NCBI GenBank assembly: GCA_017626045.1
Contig: JAGAJP010000054.1
Coordinates: 9,281-73,280 of the forward strand
From: Muribaculaceae bacterium
Lineage (GTDB): Bacteria; Bacteroidota; Bacteroidia; Bacteroidales; Muribaculaceae
Direction of reading: 5' to 3'
DNA length: 64,000 bases
Under the pieces are notes generated by a model, which was given only the letters and a program-made list of their open reading frames with translations, did not search any database and was not told the DNA's origin. Positions 27,619 through 36,762 of this stretch are shown piece after piece. Every line of letters begins with the position of its first letter. The stretch's first letter is position 1. The position numbers and the translations under genes are program-made.

Positions 27619-28311
27619 CTATCGGCGGCGCGGTGTGCGCACTGCGAATTCAGGATGTTCTTCAAGAGTGAAGTTGAAGAAGTCGTTATAGGGCTTCATT
27701 ATACGGAAGAGTCCGCAAATCTTTTCAATAGCTTGCTTTGAGCACATGTCTTGTTCAGTTAGTCTTGCGCTGACCGTGAAACTACGCGGTTTAAGAAGGT
27801 CTATGTACTCCCAATCCTTTGGATACCCTTTCGGAGCGCTCTTAAGTTCATCCTGCATATAGGGAGAATATACTGCCTCAAATTCCGGATTTTGAATTAT
27901 TCCAAGATACTCTTCGATATTGCTGTATATTTCCTTTCGATATTCCTTCAGCAAAGGTGCTTCCGGACACCATGCCCCGCCTCCGACAAGACAGTTGTCA
28001 GGCTCGATATGCAGGTAATATCCGCAAAACTCACTCTTCTTGCCCCCATGAGGATTAACATAGATGCCGATGTGGTTCTTATAAGGTCGCTTGTCGTTTG
28101 AAAACCTGGTGTCGCGGTAGATGCGATACAGACAGTCTGCCGGCTTCAACAATGCTGCCATCGGCTCAAACTCTGCCACACCGCTTATCAGTTTCTCAGC
28201 AAAACTTTCAACCTCATCCTTAACCCGAAGGTATTCCTCCTTATGTGCATTAAACCACTCGCGCTCATTATGAGCCGCAAGTCGCCGTAAAAATTCAATA
28301 ATCTCTTCCAT
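27619..28311 (-). CDS. DUF2461 (TIGR02453) family protein
   Basis: 230 aa. ..NEREWFNAHKEEY.. and ..RIYRDTRFSNDKRPYK.. are the hallmarks of this family. Confidence 0.85.
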   Translation of the reverse strand: MEEIIEFLRRLAAHNEREWFNAHKEEYLRVKDEVESFAEKLISGVAEFEPMAALLKPADCLYRIYRDTRFSNDKRPYKNHIGIYVNPHGGKKSEFCGYYLHIEPDNCLVGGGAWCPEAPLLKEYRKEIYSNIEEYLGIIQNPEFEAVYSPYMQDELKSAPKGYPKDWEYIDLLKPRSFTVSARLTEQDMCSKQAIEKICGLFRIMKPYNDFFNFTLEEHPEFAVRTPRRR

Positions 28312-28469
28312 ACCTATACAACACCCCAGCCCCCATTTTTCCTACATCCCTCCTTTCTAAAATCCCTCCAAGAGACCCTAATTCCTCGGAGCAAGCAATT
28401 CCTCACCCAAAAGCATCATCAGGATTAGAAGCAAGCACCGTCTCTTCCTAAATCAAATGTTTGTTTAGG

Positions 28470-28590
28470 TGTAAGAGCCTTCGGCTCTGCTGTTTCGTCA
28501 CCGTTCCGCAATCCATAGCACAATAGAAGAACTCCCAAAGGCATGCGACTCGTGGACTTGTCCCGGATCGTATGCCTTTTTTGTATTTTT
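28470..28590 (+). ncRNA. Candidate small RNA (5' hairpin, single-stranded middle, strong intrinsic terminator)
   Basis: No ORF is present. The 5' hairpin is AGAGCC-TTC-GGCTCT (28474-28488). The terminator stem GGCATGCGA (28540-48) with TCGTATGCC (28568-76) has an inner GGA/TCC helix and is followed by TTTTTTGTATTTTTT. A near-consensus -7 box, AATGTTTG, ends at 28463. Confidence 0.3.
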
Positions 28591-28706
28591 TATTGGGCCG
28601 GTTAAACCTATGGGCTGATGCGCTGTCATATATTTAAATTTATACCGGATTCTTATGTTGATATGGCAAGAGATTCGGTGCTTGGATTTTATATACTATT
28701 GATATT

Positions 28707-29120
28707 ATGAAGCAAAACAGTGATATACTCGAAAAGGTCGGTGGTAAGACAGGCTATACTGTTCCGGACAATTATTTCGATAATGTCAGGTCGAAAATTA
28801 TGGCAAGTCTTCCGGATTATCCGAAACAGGTGCAGACGAAACTTTCCGTTTGGCAGCGCATCCAGCCTTATTTTTATATGGCAGCAATGTTTGCCGGTAT
28901 ATGGTGCATGATGAAGGTGATTCACATGTCGGGATCTTCCGACCTGAGTCTTGACAATCCACCCGCTGCAGTCTCATTGGCAATGGCTGACTCTAACCAT
29001 TTCGAATGGTTGGACGTAGAGGATGAAAGTGCCGATTCTTTCGCACTTGAAGAGGATTTGAGCCTTTCCTATTCTTCTATTGAAGAATTTAAGGAGGATT
29101 TCGACAATACCGACATTTGA
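28707..29120 (+). CDS. Single-pass membrane protein (anti-sigma-like layout), function unknown
   Basis: 137 aa with one central TM segment (PYFYMAAMFAGIWCMMKVIHM) and an acidic C-terminal tail. It lies upstream of an LTXXQ protein gene, an arrangement I recall from ECF-linked loci. Confidence 0.45.
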   Translation: MKQNSDILEKVGGKTGYTVPDNYFDNVRSKIMASLPDYPKQVQTKLSVWQRIQPYFYMAAMFAGIWCMMKVIHMSGSSDLSLDNPPAAVSLAMADSNHFEWLDVEDESADSFALEEDLSLSYSSIEEFKEDFDNTDI

Positions 29121-29237
29121 ACCTCGTTTCATCGGCAATTAATGCACGCTTTTAACCTTTTTCATTTGAAGCGTTGTTATAATTATTGATGTGTATTACT
29201 TACCAAAAACAAAACAACATCATTAATTACCAATTAT

Positions 29238-29258
29238 TAATTACTAATTACTAATTAC
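29238..29258 (+). repeat. TAATTAC x3 tandem heptamer abutting the start codon at 29259
   Basis: Copies at 29238-44, 29245-51 and 29252-58, plus a fourth dispersed copy at 29224-30. Confidence 0.7.
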
Positions 29259-29807
29259 ATGACAAAATATTTCGTACTGTTGCTTTCTTTCCTGTTTATA
29301 ATTCCGGCGATCAGCGCTCAGGACAATAAAGACAGGGAAAAGATGAAGGAGGAGATTCAGAAGTTCAAAGTGGAGTTCCTCGCTAAGGAAATGGGCCTCT
29401 CTGATTCCGAAAAAGCCAAGTTTGAACCAATATATAATGAATATGACGAGGCTAAACGTGATGCCGGCAAAGAGGCTTGGTTGTTTGAGCGTAATCTGAA
29501 GAAAAACAAAAAGGACGCTTCCGACGACGACTACAAAAAACTTGCAAAACTCCAGCAGAATGCGCGCGAGAAAGGTAATGAAATCGATAAGAAATACAAT
29601 AAGAAATTCGAGTCATTCCTTACTGCAAAGCAAATTTATCAGATGCATCAGGGTGAGGAAAAGTTCTTTTCAAAGATGAAGGAGATGAGGAAAAAACACC
29701 GCCACGGAAAAGGCTCTAAGTCTGACAGACCCCACATTGGCCAGAAGGCTGGAAACGCTCCGGCTCCAATGCCTCCTTCCCCGATGTCTTATGATTTTAA
29801 TGAATAG
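29259..29807 (+). CDS. Periplasmic Spy/CpxP-like (LTXXQ motif) protein
   Basis: Signal peptide, highly charged helical sequence and the LTAKQ motif (ESFLTAKQIYQM). 182 aa. Confidence 0.55.
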   Translation: MTKYFVLLLSFLFIIPAISAQDNKDREKMKEEIQKFKVEFLAKEMGLSDSEKAKFEPIYNEYDEAKRDAGKEAWLFERNLKKNKKDASDDDYKKLAKLQQNAREKGNEIDKKYNKKFESFLTAKQIYQMHQGEEKFFSKMKEMRKKHRHGKGSKSDRPHIGQKAGNAPAPMPPSPMSYDFNE

Positions 29808-29812
29808 TGCTT

Positions 29813-32800
29813 ATGACCATGAAATCAAGATTTTTCTCAACTTCAGCTGCCCGTGTAGCAGCTGTTGCTGTTTTTTGCACCTTACTGTTATGCCCTATGG
29901 ATTCTTTCGGTGCCGGTAAAAAGAAAAATTACGGAACTCCGGATTTTGCTTTTCCTCAGACTGTTAAGAAGAATGCGGACGCTGAGCTCCGCAAGGCTTC
30001 CGTCGCCGGAAACTGGGCCACCGCTGCCTCTGCAGCGGTGAAGCTGGTAACCGCCGATAATCTCGTAAGCCGTGACAACGTCTCTTCCGGACTGCAGTTA
30101 GTTGACAGTATTTCTGCCGTGGCTCCCGAAAAGTGGAAACCGGCTTTTCTGCTTATTCAGGCGCAGATTTACAATTCTATATATAATTCAATTAGATGGC
30201 AGGCAGATAGTCGTAAACTCGATGTAGATTCCGTTCCCGCTAATCCTTTCGAGTGGAGTCGTGATATTTTCGCCGACAAGGTATATTCTCTTTGCTCAAA
30301 GGCTTTGGACTGCCGTGAGATCAACACTACCCCTCTTAAGGAGTGGTCTCCGTTTCTTTCCCAATCAGGTGAAGCCGTTTCTTTCGCCATGACGGCAAAG
30401 GAATTTGTGGAATTGCAGTCGTTCGTCTTGCTAAACGTTTTCTGTGATGAAACGAAAGATATAATTCCGTTTTTCAACAATGTGTCGGTTCCGTCTACGC
30501 CCGCGCAAAGATGCATGCAGTTGAGAGACCGCGCCATCGATTCTCTTGCTGCCGACGCTGAATTGTCCGGACAGTCGATATTACTCGCTAAGGCTCTTGC
30601 CGATAAGGCAGACTGTCTTGCACCTGCCATGAGGATGAAAAGTCTTCTGTCTGCGCTCGATAGAGTGAAAGATTCGGAAGGCTCGCAGCTTATTCTTTCT
30701 AAATTGCGGCAGTATGTGAAGGGTGGGTACAGATACAATTCTTACTCTGTGTTCGCTTTCGATAAAGACGAGTACGTCGCTATGCTTCGCAAGTCTATCA
30801 ATCAGTTCCCGAAAGGTCGTTATGTCGATGAACTTAAAAACATTGTGGCGGACATGACGGCTCCTTATGCCAAAATTGACTTGAAAAACCAGTATCTCTC
30901 TACTGATTCTATTGTGGCAAACGTGCGCCTTGCGAATTGCAACACTGCTTATTTCCTTATTTATGACTATTCTCCATTTGTTAATGCGGAAAACCAGCCG
31001 AAGTCGTCTGTTTTAGCGGCTAAGTGCCGGCTCGTGAAAACGGTCAAGGCAAAGGCGGACGGCTCTGTTCCATTTGAAGCGGATGTGAAGGCTGAAGTCG
31101 GTAGTCTGCCACTCGGTGTTTATGTGGCTATTCCAAGTGCTTCCCCTGATAGAAGCGGAATTTTTCCTACAGTCAGCGACGACAGATGGCGTGAGCCGTT
31201 TGTAGTCAGTGATATAAGTGTGATGTCTCTGCAATATCCCGACGGTTCCACTCGAGTGTTTGTGGTGGATGGTGCCAATGGCGCGCCTATCGAGGGCGCT
31301 ACGGTGAAAGTGTTCTCACAGCCTAACTACCGCGAGAAGAGTAGACTGGTCCATACTCTTGCTACCGATAAGGAGGGCTCCGTAACTGTGAAAGAAAACA
31401 GATTCGAAATTCATGCTTCATATGCAGGCTCAAAGTGGGAGAGCGATTCAAGACTATATAACTCTGTGCTCAGAAAGGACACGTCTTCGGTGGTTATGGC
31501 TCGAGTTCTTGCCGAACGTGCCATTTGCCATCCCGGCGACAGTGTAAGTGCCGCGGTGGTGGTGTTCAGCAGAAAAAACGGTGCCTTCCGCCTTAATGTT
31601 GACAAGGACTATTCCGTAAAATTTCTTGATGCCAACGGTAGGGAAGTGGAGTCAAGGTCTTTGACTACCGACGGGTTCGGCCGCGCTGTCGCAGGTTTCA
31701 GAATCCCGGATCATGGATTGTTGGGCAGATGGAGACTGGCGGTGACTTCCAAAGATGGCAATTATCTCGGCGATTCTTATATTCGTGTCGAAGATTATGT
31801 GGCTCCGACATTCTTCATTACAGCCGAACTTGACAGCGCAGGTGTAAACCCCGGTGATTCTGTACGTATCAGCGGGCAGGTCATGACTTATTCCGGTATG
31901 CCGCTTCCTGGTGCGGAAGTGAAATATAATGTGGTGTATGATCCTCCTATGTGGTGGTTCAGAACAAGTTCCGCATCTTACGATTCTTCTGTGGTATCCA
32001 GCGGCGATGGTAAGTTCTCTATAGTCCTGCCTACAGCTAATCTTAAGGACACTAAGTTTGAAAAGGGTGTTTTTAAAGTGTCGCTGTCCGCAACTTCTGC
32101 TGCCGGCGAGACTCAGCAGGGTCCTGTGGAACGCTTTGCCGTGGGACGTAAATATTGCATTTCTCTGCCTGACAGTGACGATTCGCTGGAAGCATCTGCT
32201 GATGAGCAATCCGTTACAGTGAACGTTCTCGACATGCTCGGAAGAAAGGTAAATAAAACAATTGACTATTCTCTTGTAGATGTAGCTTCCGGCAAAACCG
32301 TGGATAAGGGCGCCTTTGAATCTCCTCGTCTTGCGCTCCAGGTGAAGAGTCTTGCTTCTGCTAAATATCGTCTTGACCTCGTTCTTTCCGGTGATTCTAC
32401 GGTTAAGGCTTCGACAGATCTTGTTATCTGGAGAAATTCCGACAAGGCGGCTCCTGCCGGTACCGGTCTCTGGATTCCGCGTTCCAACGTGAAGGCTGTT
32501 CCCGGTACCGATAGGGTACAGGTGACCATTGGCAATGGTTATGGCAACCGTTGGATGCCTGTAGTAGAGTCAGGTAATGACAGTATTCTTTCGTTCAGAT
32601 GGGTACATGTGGATAAGGATAACGTTACCCTTGAATTTGACGCTCCATCCGGCAATCGTGAGTATAGACTGAATGTCAATGCTCTGTCAAATCTTAAGAA
32701 TGAGTCTGCGTTCGTGACGCTCGAGCCTGCGGCATCAAATCGCCTTGATGTGAAGACCGTGTCGTTCCGCGACAGAATATCTGCCGGCGACAGGGAGAAA

Positions 32801-35572
32801 TGGTCTTTCAGGTTCTCAAAAGACAGTCTTCCGGCAAGAAGCATTCCTGCCCTGGCTGTCATGACCGATGCCGCCCTCAATGCTGTGACTCCGTTTAAGT
32901 GGAGTTTCGCACCCGCTGATGGTCTGGATTCCCGGTTATTCTCGATGCGTCTCTCGCCGGCAAGAAATATTTCCCAGACTTATGATTTCAAACCTATTAA
33001 ATATCTCCCCACTGCTTTTATCATGATGCCGGAGATCAATACCTATGGTCGAGACTGGGGCCTCGGTTATGGTATGCATGATATGGTGTTCGTCAGGGAG
33101 CCCGCTTATGCAACCATTGGCTCTTCTGAACAACTTGCAAGTGTCAAACGTACCTCAAGGGCTATGAACAAGTCTATGGCTTTGTCTGATGTGGTCAATG
33201 AGGCTAAGGAAGAGGGAGTCGAGTATGAGGAGGCGGAAGATGCGGTTTCGGGTGATACCGGTGCCGGAGCTGCTCAGGAGCAGGAGGTCGCCCTTCGTGA
33301 CGCCGAATGCCCGGTGGCGTTCTTCATGCCCTGGCTTAATGCCGATGCCGACGGTGTGGTGACCGTGGATTTCACTGTCCCCAATTTTAACACCACATGG
33401 GCTTTTCAACTCATCGGCTATGATGAACAACTTGCTACGGCAAAGGTGGATCTCGAGGCGGTCGCTTCTAAACCGGTGATGGTTAGCGCGCATTCTCCAA
33501 GATTCGTCAGGACCGGTGACGAGATCATGCTTACTGCCACTCTGTTTAACAATAGCGGTGCTGTTGCTCCGGTGGCTGGTCGTATCGAACTTGTCGACCT
33601 CGTTAAGGGGACGGTTGTCGCTAAGAAGGTTTTCGATGGCGTTGAGATGGAAGACGCGGGAAGCAGGGTGATTGAGATGGCTTGGACCGTGCCGGCCGAT
33701 TTGTCGGCGGTAGGTTTCAGAGCCTATGCGGAGTCCGGATCTCATCAAGACGGAGAGCAGGTGCTCCTCCCGGTGTTTCCGGCTTCATCTCCGGTGGTGG
33801 AGTCCACTCCTTTCTGGATCGCTCCCGGAGCAGACAGCTTTTCCGCCCGTTTGCCGAAATTCAAGGATTCTGACCGTGTCACTCTTCAGTATTGCGACAA
33901 TCCTGCATGGTATTGCCTGACGGCTCTTCCCGATATCGTCTATCCGGATTCCAAGAACGTGACCGCAAAGATGAGCGCGCTTTATGGCAATGCGCAGGCG
34001 TTCAGTCTCGTTTCTTCTAATTCTTCCCTCAAGTCAGGTCTTGAGTCAATGCTGTCCGACAGTAATTCTGAGTTCGCAGCCCTTAAGAGCAGTCTTCAGA
34101 AAGACGGCAATCTGAAAATCACAGATCTTGACAATACTCCCTGGGTCAACGACGCGGCTTCCGAGACTCTGCGCATGAGCCGTCTTTCAAGTCTGCTCAA
34201 TGATACGCTTGCCTCCTCTACTATCGGTAAACTACTTGATGACATCCGAGGTCTTCAGACTCCTGAAGGCGGTTGGAGCTGGTGTCCTGATATGCAGCCT
34301 TCTCAATACATCACTCAGGAAGTGCTCCGATATTTCGGAATGCTCATGAAGTCCGGTGCCATGAAATGTGTACCGAATGCCGATGATATGATTAAGTCGG
34401 CGGTTGAGTTTGTGGATACCGAGACTGTCAAGGACTATAGAAAATATTATAAGAAAGGTGAGTCTCTGTCTTACCTCCTCGACTGGCTTTACGTCAGAAG
34501 CATGTTCCCCGATTCTTATCTGAAAGGAAAGTATTCGCGTGAGATGTCAAATATCGCGTCATCCGCCTTTGGAGATATTTCTCGTGATTGGAAATCTTGG
34601 AGTGTCGGCGAGAAGTCGAAGGCTGCTTTGCTGTTGTGGCGTGCAGGAAGACAGAAGGCAGCAAGCGAAATCCTTGAATCGCTTCGCCAGTATGCGAGCG
34701 TCAGTGAGGTTAAGGGTACATGGTTCGACAACCTTTCCTCCGGCTGGAATGGTTACAGCGCGATACTGAACACAACTCTCGCTCTTGAGGCGTTCTCCGA
34801 GATTCAGCCGAAAAATTCCATTATTGACGGTCTTCGACAGTGGCTCGTACTCGGACGACAGACTCAGGACTGGGGCAGCTGCGTTTATACCGCTGAAACT
34901 GTCAACGCGATTCTGAGTTCCGGTTCCGACTGGACCGATGCGGCTTCCGTCGCTCTGCCTGATATCTCGATCGGTGGTAAAACTCTCAACCTTCCCCCCG
35001 TAGCGTCGATGACGGGCGCATTCACTCTGTCGCTCGATGCCCGGAAGGCGTCCGGAAAAAAACTGTCTGTAAAACGCTCGTCGGCTTCTCCTGCCTGGGG
35101 CGGCGTTATTTCTCAGTATGTCGCTCCCATTCTTGAAGTGAAGGCGGCGGATGTGCCGGATATGTCCATAAGAAAGGAAATTGTCGCTCTCGTTCAGGGT
35201 GATGGCGGTCAACTTGTCCCGAAAGAAGATGCAGTACTTACTCCGGGGATGAAGGTGAGAGTGACGCTCACAATATCAGTAGGCCGTGATATGGATTATG
35301 TGGCTGTCTCCGATGAGAGAAGCGCTTGCCTTGAACCTGTCGACCAACTGTCGGGTTTCAGAACTTCCGATGGTCTCGGTTTCTACCGCGAAGTTCGTGA
35401 CGAGACTACAAACCTGTTCTTCAGTAATCTCTCCAAGGGAAGTCACGTGATTTCTTACGACTGCAATGTTAGCCAGACCGGTGAGTTCTCTTGCGGTATC
35501 GCTACTGTGCAGTCGCAATATGCTCCTTCTGTGGTTGCTCATTCTGCAGGAAGCACCATCACTGTTGAATGA
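29813..35572 (+). CDS. Bacterial alpha-2-macroglobulin family protein (MG domains), no thioester motif
   Basis: About 1919 aa with a signal peptide. It has repeated Ig-like MG-type segments and a TED-like region (..GGWSWCPDMQPSQYITQEVL..). No CxEQ motif appears anywhere in the translation. The start is taken as the ATG at 29813; the ORF track uses the GTG at 29807. Confidence 0.85.
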   Translation: MTMKSRFFSTSAARVAAVAVFCTLLLCPMDSFGAGKKKNYGTPDFAFPQTVKKNADAELRKASVAGNWATAASAAVKLVTADNLVSRDNVSSGLQLVDSISAVAPEKWKPAFLLIQAQIYNSIYNSIRWQADSRKLDVDSVPANPFEWSRDIFADKVYSLCSKALDCREINTTPLKEWSPFLSQSGEAVSFAMTAKEFVELQSFVLLNVFCDETKDIIPFFNNVSVPSTPAQRCMQLRDRAIDSLAADAELSGQSILLAKALADKADCLAPAMRMKSLLSALDRVKDSEGSQLILSKLRQYVKGGYRYNSYSVFAFDKDEYVAMLRKSINQFPKGRYVDELKNIVADMTAPYAKIDLKNQYLSTDSIVANVRLANCNTAYFLIYDYSPFVNAENQPKSSVLAAKCRLVKTVKAKADGSVPFEADVKAEVGSLPLGVYVAIPSASPDRSGIFPTVSDDRWREPFVVSDISVMSLQYPDGSTRVFVVDGANGAPIEGATVKVFSQPNYREKSRLVHTLATDKEGSVTVKENRFEIHASYAGSKWESDSRLYNSVLRKDTSSVVMARVLAERAICHPGDSVSAAVVVFSRKNGAFRLNVDKDYSVKFLDANGREVESRSLTTDGFGRAVAGFRIPDHGLLGRWRLAVTSKDGNYLGDSYIRVEDYVAPTFFITAELDSAGVNPGDSVRISGQVMTYSGMPLPGAEVKYNVVYDPPMWWFRTSSASYDSSVVSSGDGKFSIVLPTANLKDTKFEKGVFKVSLSATSAAGETQQGPVERFAVGRKYCISLPDSDDSLEASADEQSVTVNVLDMLGRKVNKTIDYSLVDVASGKTVDKGAFESPRLALQVKSLASAKYRLDLVLSGDSTVKASTDLVIWRNSDKAAPAGTGLWIPRSNVKAVPGTDRVQVTIGNGYGNRWMPVVESGNDSILSFRWVHVDKDNVTLEFDAPSGNREYRLNVNALSNLKNESAFVTLEPAASNRLDVKTVSFRDRISAGDREKWSFRFSKDSLPARSIPALAVMTDAALNAVTPFKWSFAPADGLDSRLFSMRLSPARNISQTYDFKPIKYLPTAFIMMPEINTYGRDWGLGYGMHDMVFVREPAYATIGSSEQLASVKRTSRAMNKSMALSDVVNEAKEEGVEYEEAEDAVSGDTGAGAAQEQEVALRDAECPVAFFMPWLNADADGVVTVDFTVPNFNTTWAFQLIGYDEQLATAKVDLEAVASKPVMVSAHSPRFVRTGDEIMLTATLFNNSGAVAPVAGRIELVDLVKGTVVAKKVFDGVEMEDAGSRVIEMAWTVPADLSAVGFRAYAESGSHQDGEQVLLPVFPASSPVVESTPFWIAPGADSFSARLPKFKDSDRVTLQYCDNPAWYCLTALPDIVYPDSKNVTAKMSALYGNAQAFSLVSSNSSLKSGLESMLSDSNSEFAALKSSLQKDGNLKITDLDNTPWVNDAASETLRMSRLSSLLNDTLASSTIGKLLDDIRGLQTPEGGWSWCPDMQPSQYITQEVLRYFGMLMKSGAMKCVPNADDMIKSAVEFVDTETVKDYRKYYKKGESLSYLLDWLYVRSMFPDSYLKGKYSREMSNIASSAFGDISRDWKSWSVGEKSKAALLLWRAGRQKAASEILESLRQYASVSEVKGTWFDNLSSGWNGYSAILNTTLALEAFSEIQPKNSIIDGLRQWLVLGRQTQDWGSCVYTAETVNAILSSGSDWTDAASVALPDISIGGKTLNLPPVASMTGAFTLSLDARKASGKKLSVKRSSASPAWGGVISQYVAPILEVKAADVPDMSIRKEIVALVQGDGGQLVPKEDAVLTPGMKVRVTLTISVGRDMDYVAVSDERSACLEPVDQLSGFRTSDGLGFYREVRDETTNLFFSNLSKGSHVISYDCNVSQTGEFSCGIATVQSQYAPSVVAHSAGSTITVE

Positions 35573-35590
35573 CGTCTGTCTTGGTATATT

Positions 35591-35635
35591 CAGGAGCCGA
35601 TTCGCTTTTTTATGCGTTTCGGTTCCTGTTTTTTT
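35591..35635 (+). terminator. Intrinsic terminator after the alpha-2-macroglobulin gene
   Basis: CAGGAGCCGA (35591-600) pairs with TCGGTTCCTG (35619-28), and an inner CGC/GCG pairs as well. The stem is followed by TTTTTTT (35629-35). Confidence 0.7.
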
Positions 35636-35654
35636 GACAAACTGCCAAAAACAT

Positions 35655-35685
35655 TTTGTTTTTTAAGAAATTTTAAGTACCTTTG
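35655..35685 (+). promoter_or_regulatory. Consensus Bacteroides promoter upstream of nuoA
   Basis: -33 TTTG (35655-58) and -7 TACCTTTG (35678-85) separated by 19 nt. nuoA starts at 35760. Confidence 0.55.
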
Positions 35686-35759
35686 CAGTTGGTTATTGCA
35701 CTAATTGTGCTCGTATGGACCTATGCATCTGAATAAATAATTAAAACTTAATCGAATAT

Positions 35760-36131
35760 ATGAATTTACTGTTGGAAATAAGCAACGGAGATCTGGCCGT
35801 CACTGCCACGCTCACCGGTATCGGACTGGTGTTTGCGGCTTTGCTGATTGCTCGCCTGATTTCCCCTAAATCCTACTCGGTAAAGAAAGGCGAGACCTAT
35901 GAATGCGGTATCCCTACGCGAGGTGAGTCAATGATTCAGTTCAAGTCCGGTTACTATATCTTCGCCATCCTGTTTTTGATTTTCGACGTCGAGACGGTTT
36001 TCCTTTACCCCTGGGCTACTATCATGCGCTCTCTGGGTCCCTCCGGTCTTCTTTGCGTCGCTATTTTTATGTTTATTCTAATTTTAGGTCTGGCTTACGC
36101 CTGGCGGAAAGGAGCTCTTAAATGGCAGTGA
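35760..36131 (+). CDS. nuoA: NADH-quinone oxidoreductase subunit A
   Basis: 123 aa with 3 TM segments. YECG.. and ..[15 protein letters not shown].. are typical of NuoA/ND3. Confidence 0.92.
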   Translation: MNLLLEISNGDLAVTATLTGIGLVFAALLIARLISPKSYSVKKGETYECGIPTRGESMIQFKSGYYIFAILFLIFDVETVFLYPWATIMRSLGPSGLLCVAIFMFILILGLAYAWRKGALKWQ

Positions 36132-36730
36132 ACATCAAGTCGATGAAGCGCGAAGACTTCAAAGACAACGAATACATCGACGCTCTGGTTGAGGAACTCA
36201 ACGCTACCGGTGCAAATGTGGCTGTCGGAAAACTCGACCAGCTTATCAACTGGGGTATCTCTAACTCCCTTTGGCCGCTTTGCTTCGGTACAAGCTGCTG
36301 CGCTATCGAATTCATGTGTCTCGGCGCTGCCCGTTATGACATGGCGCGTTTCGGTTTTGAAGTCGCCAGGAACTCTCCGCGACAGGCCGACTATATTATG
36401 GTGCAGGGTACTATCGTCCACAAGATGGCACCCGCTCTCGTGCGCCTGTATGAGCAGCTCGCCGAACCTAAGTATGTAATCGCCTGCGGCGGTTGCGCGG
36501 TAAGCGGCGGGCCCTTCAAGAAATCATATTGCGTTGTCGACGGTGTCGATAAGATTATCCCCGTCGACGTGTATATCCCCGGTTGCCCTCCACGACCCGA
36601 GGCTATGTTCTACGGACTTATGCAGCTGCAGCGCAAAATCAAGGTGCAGAAGTTCTTCGGCGGTGTCAACCGTCAGCAGAAAATTCAGGATTTCTTCCGT
36701 CAGCACCCGGAAGATGCCGGTGAGTATTAA
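36122..36730 (+). CDS. nuoB: NADH-quinone oxidoreductase subunit B
   Basis: N2 cluster ligand pattern: ..[10 protein letters not shown].., ..[10 protein letters not shown].. and ..PGCPPRPE.. Confidence 0.93.
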   Translation: MAVNIKSMKREDFKDNEYIDALVEELNATGANVAVGKLDQLINWGISNSLWPLCFGTSCCAIEFMCLGAARYDMARFGFEVARNSPRQADYIMVQGTIVHKMAPALVRLYEQLAEPKYVIACGGCAVSGGPFKKSYCVVDGVDKIIPVDVYIPGCPPRPEAMFYGLMQLQRKIKVQKFFGGVNRQQKIQDFFRQHPEDAGEY

Positions 36731-36762
36731 TTCTATCTCTGTCATCGATAATAACTTCTTAA

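Noticed and set aside
28330-28370. A C-rich plus-strand tract (G-rich on the minus strand) directly upstream of the DUF2461 gene. It contains two GGAGGGAT repeats (28346-53 and 28362-69 on the plus strand as ATCCCTCC). It was considered as a G-quadruplex or a tandem Shine-Dalgarno element.
   Set aside because: The G-tracts are separated by 13-nt loops, so a G-quadruplex would be weak. The repeats lie 35-55 nt from the ATG, too far to act as an SD, and Bacteroidota are understood not to rely on SD pairing. The evidence is not enough to make a claim.
28312-28706. A known housekeeping RNA (tRNA, tmRNA, SRP/4.5S or RNase P RNA) in the large ORF-free spacer.
   Set aside because: There is no GGTTCGAATCC-like T-arm, no SRP GGAA/AGCAGC helix-8 motif as I remember it, and no CCA-ended acceptor-like pairing. 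The spacer is also too short for RNase P RNA. Only a generic sRNA-like unit is retained as a low-confidence candidate.
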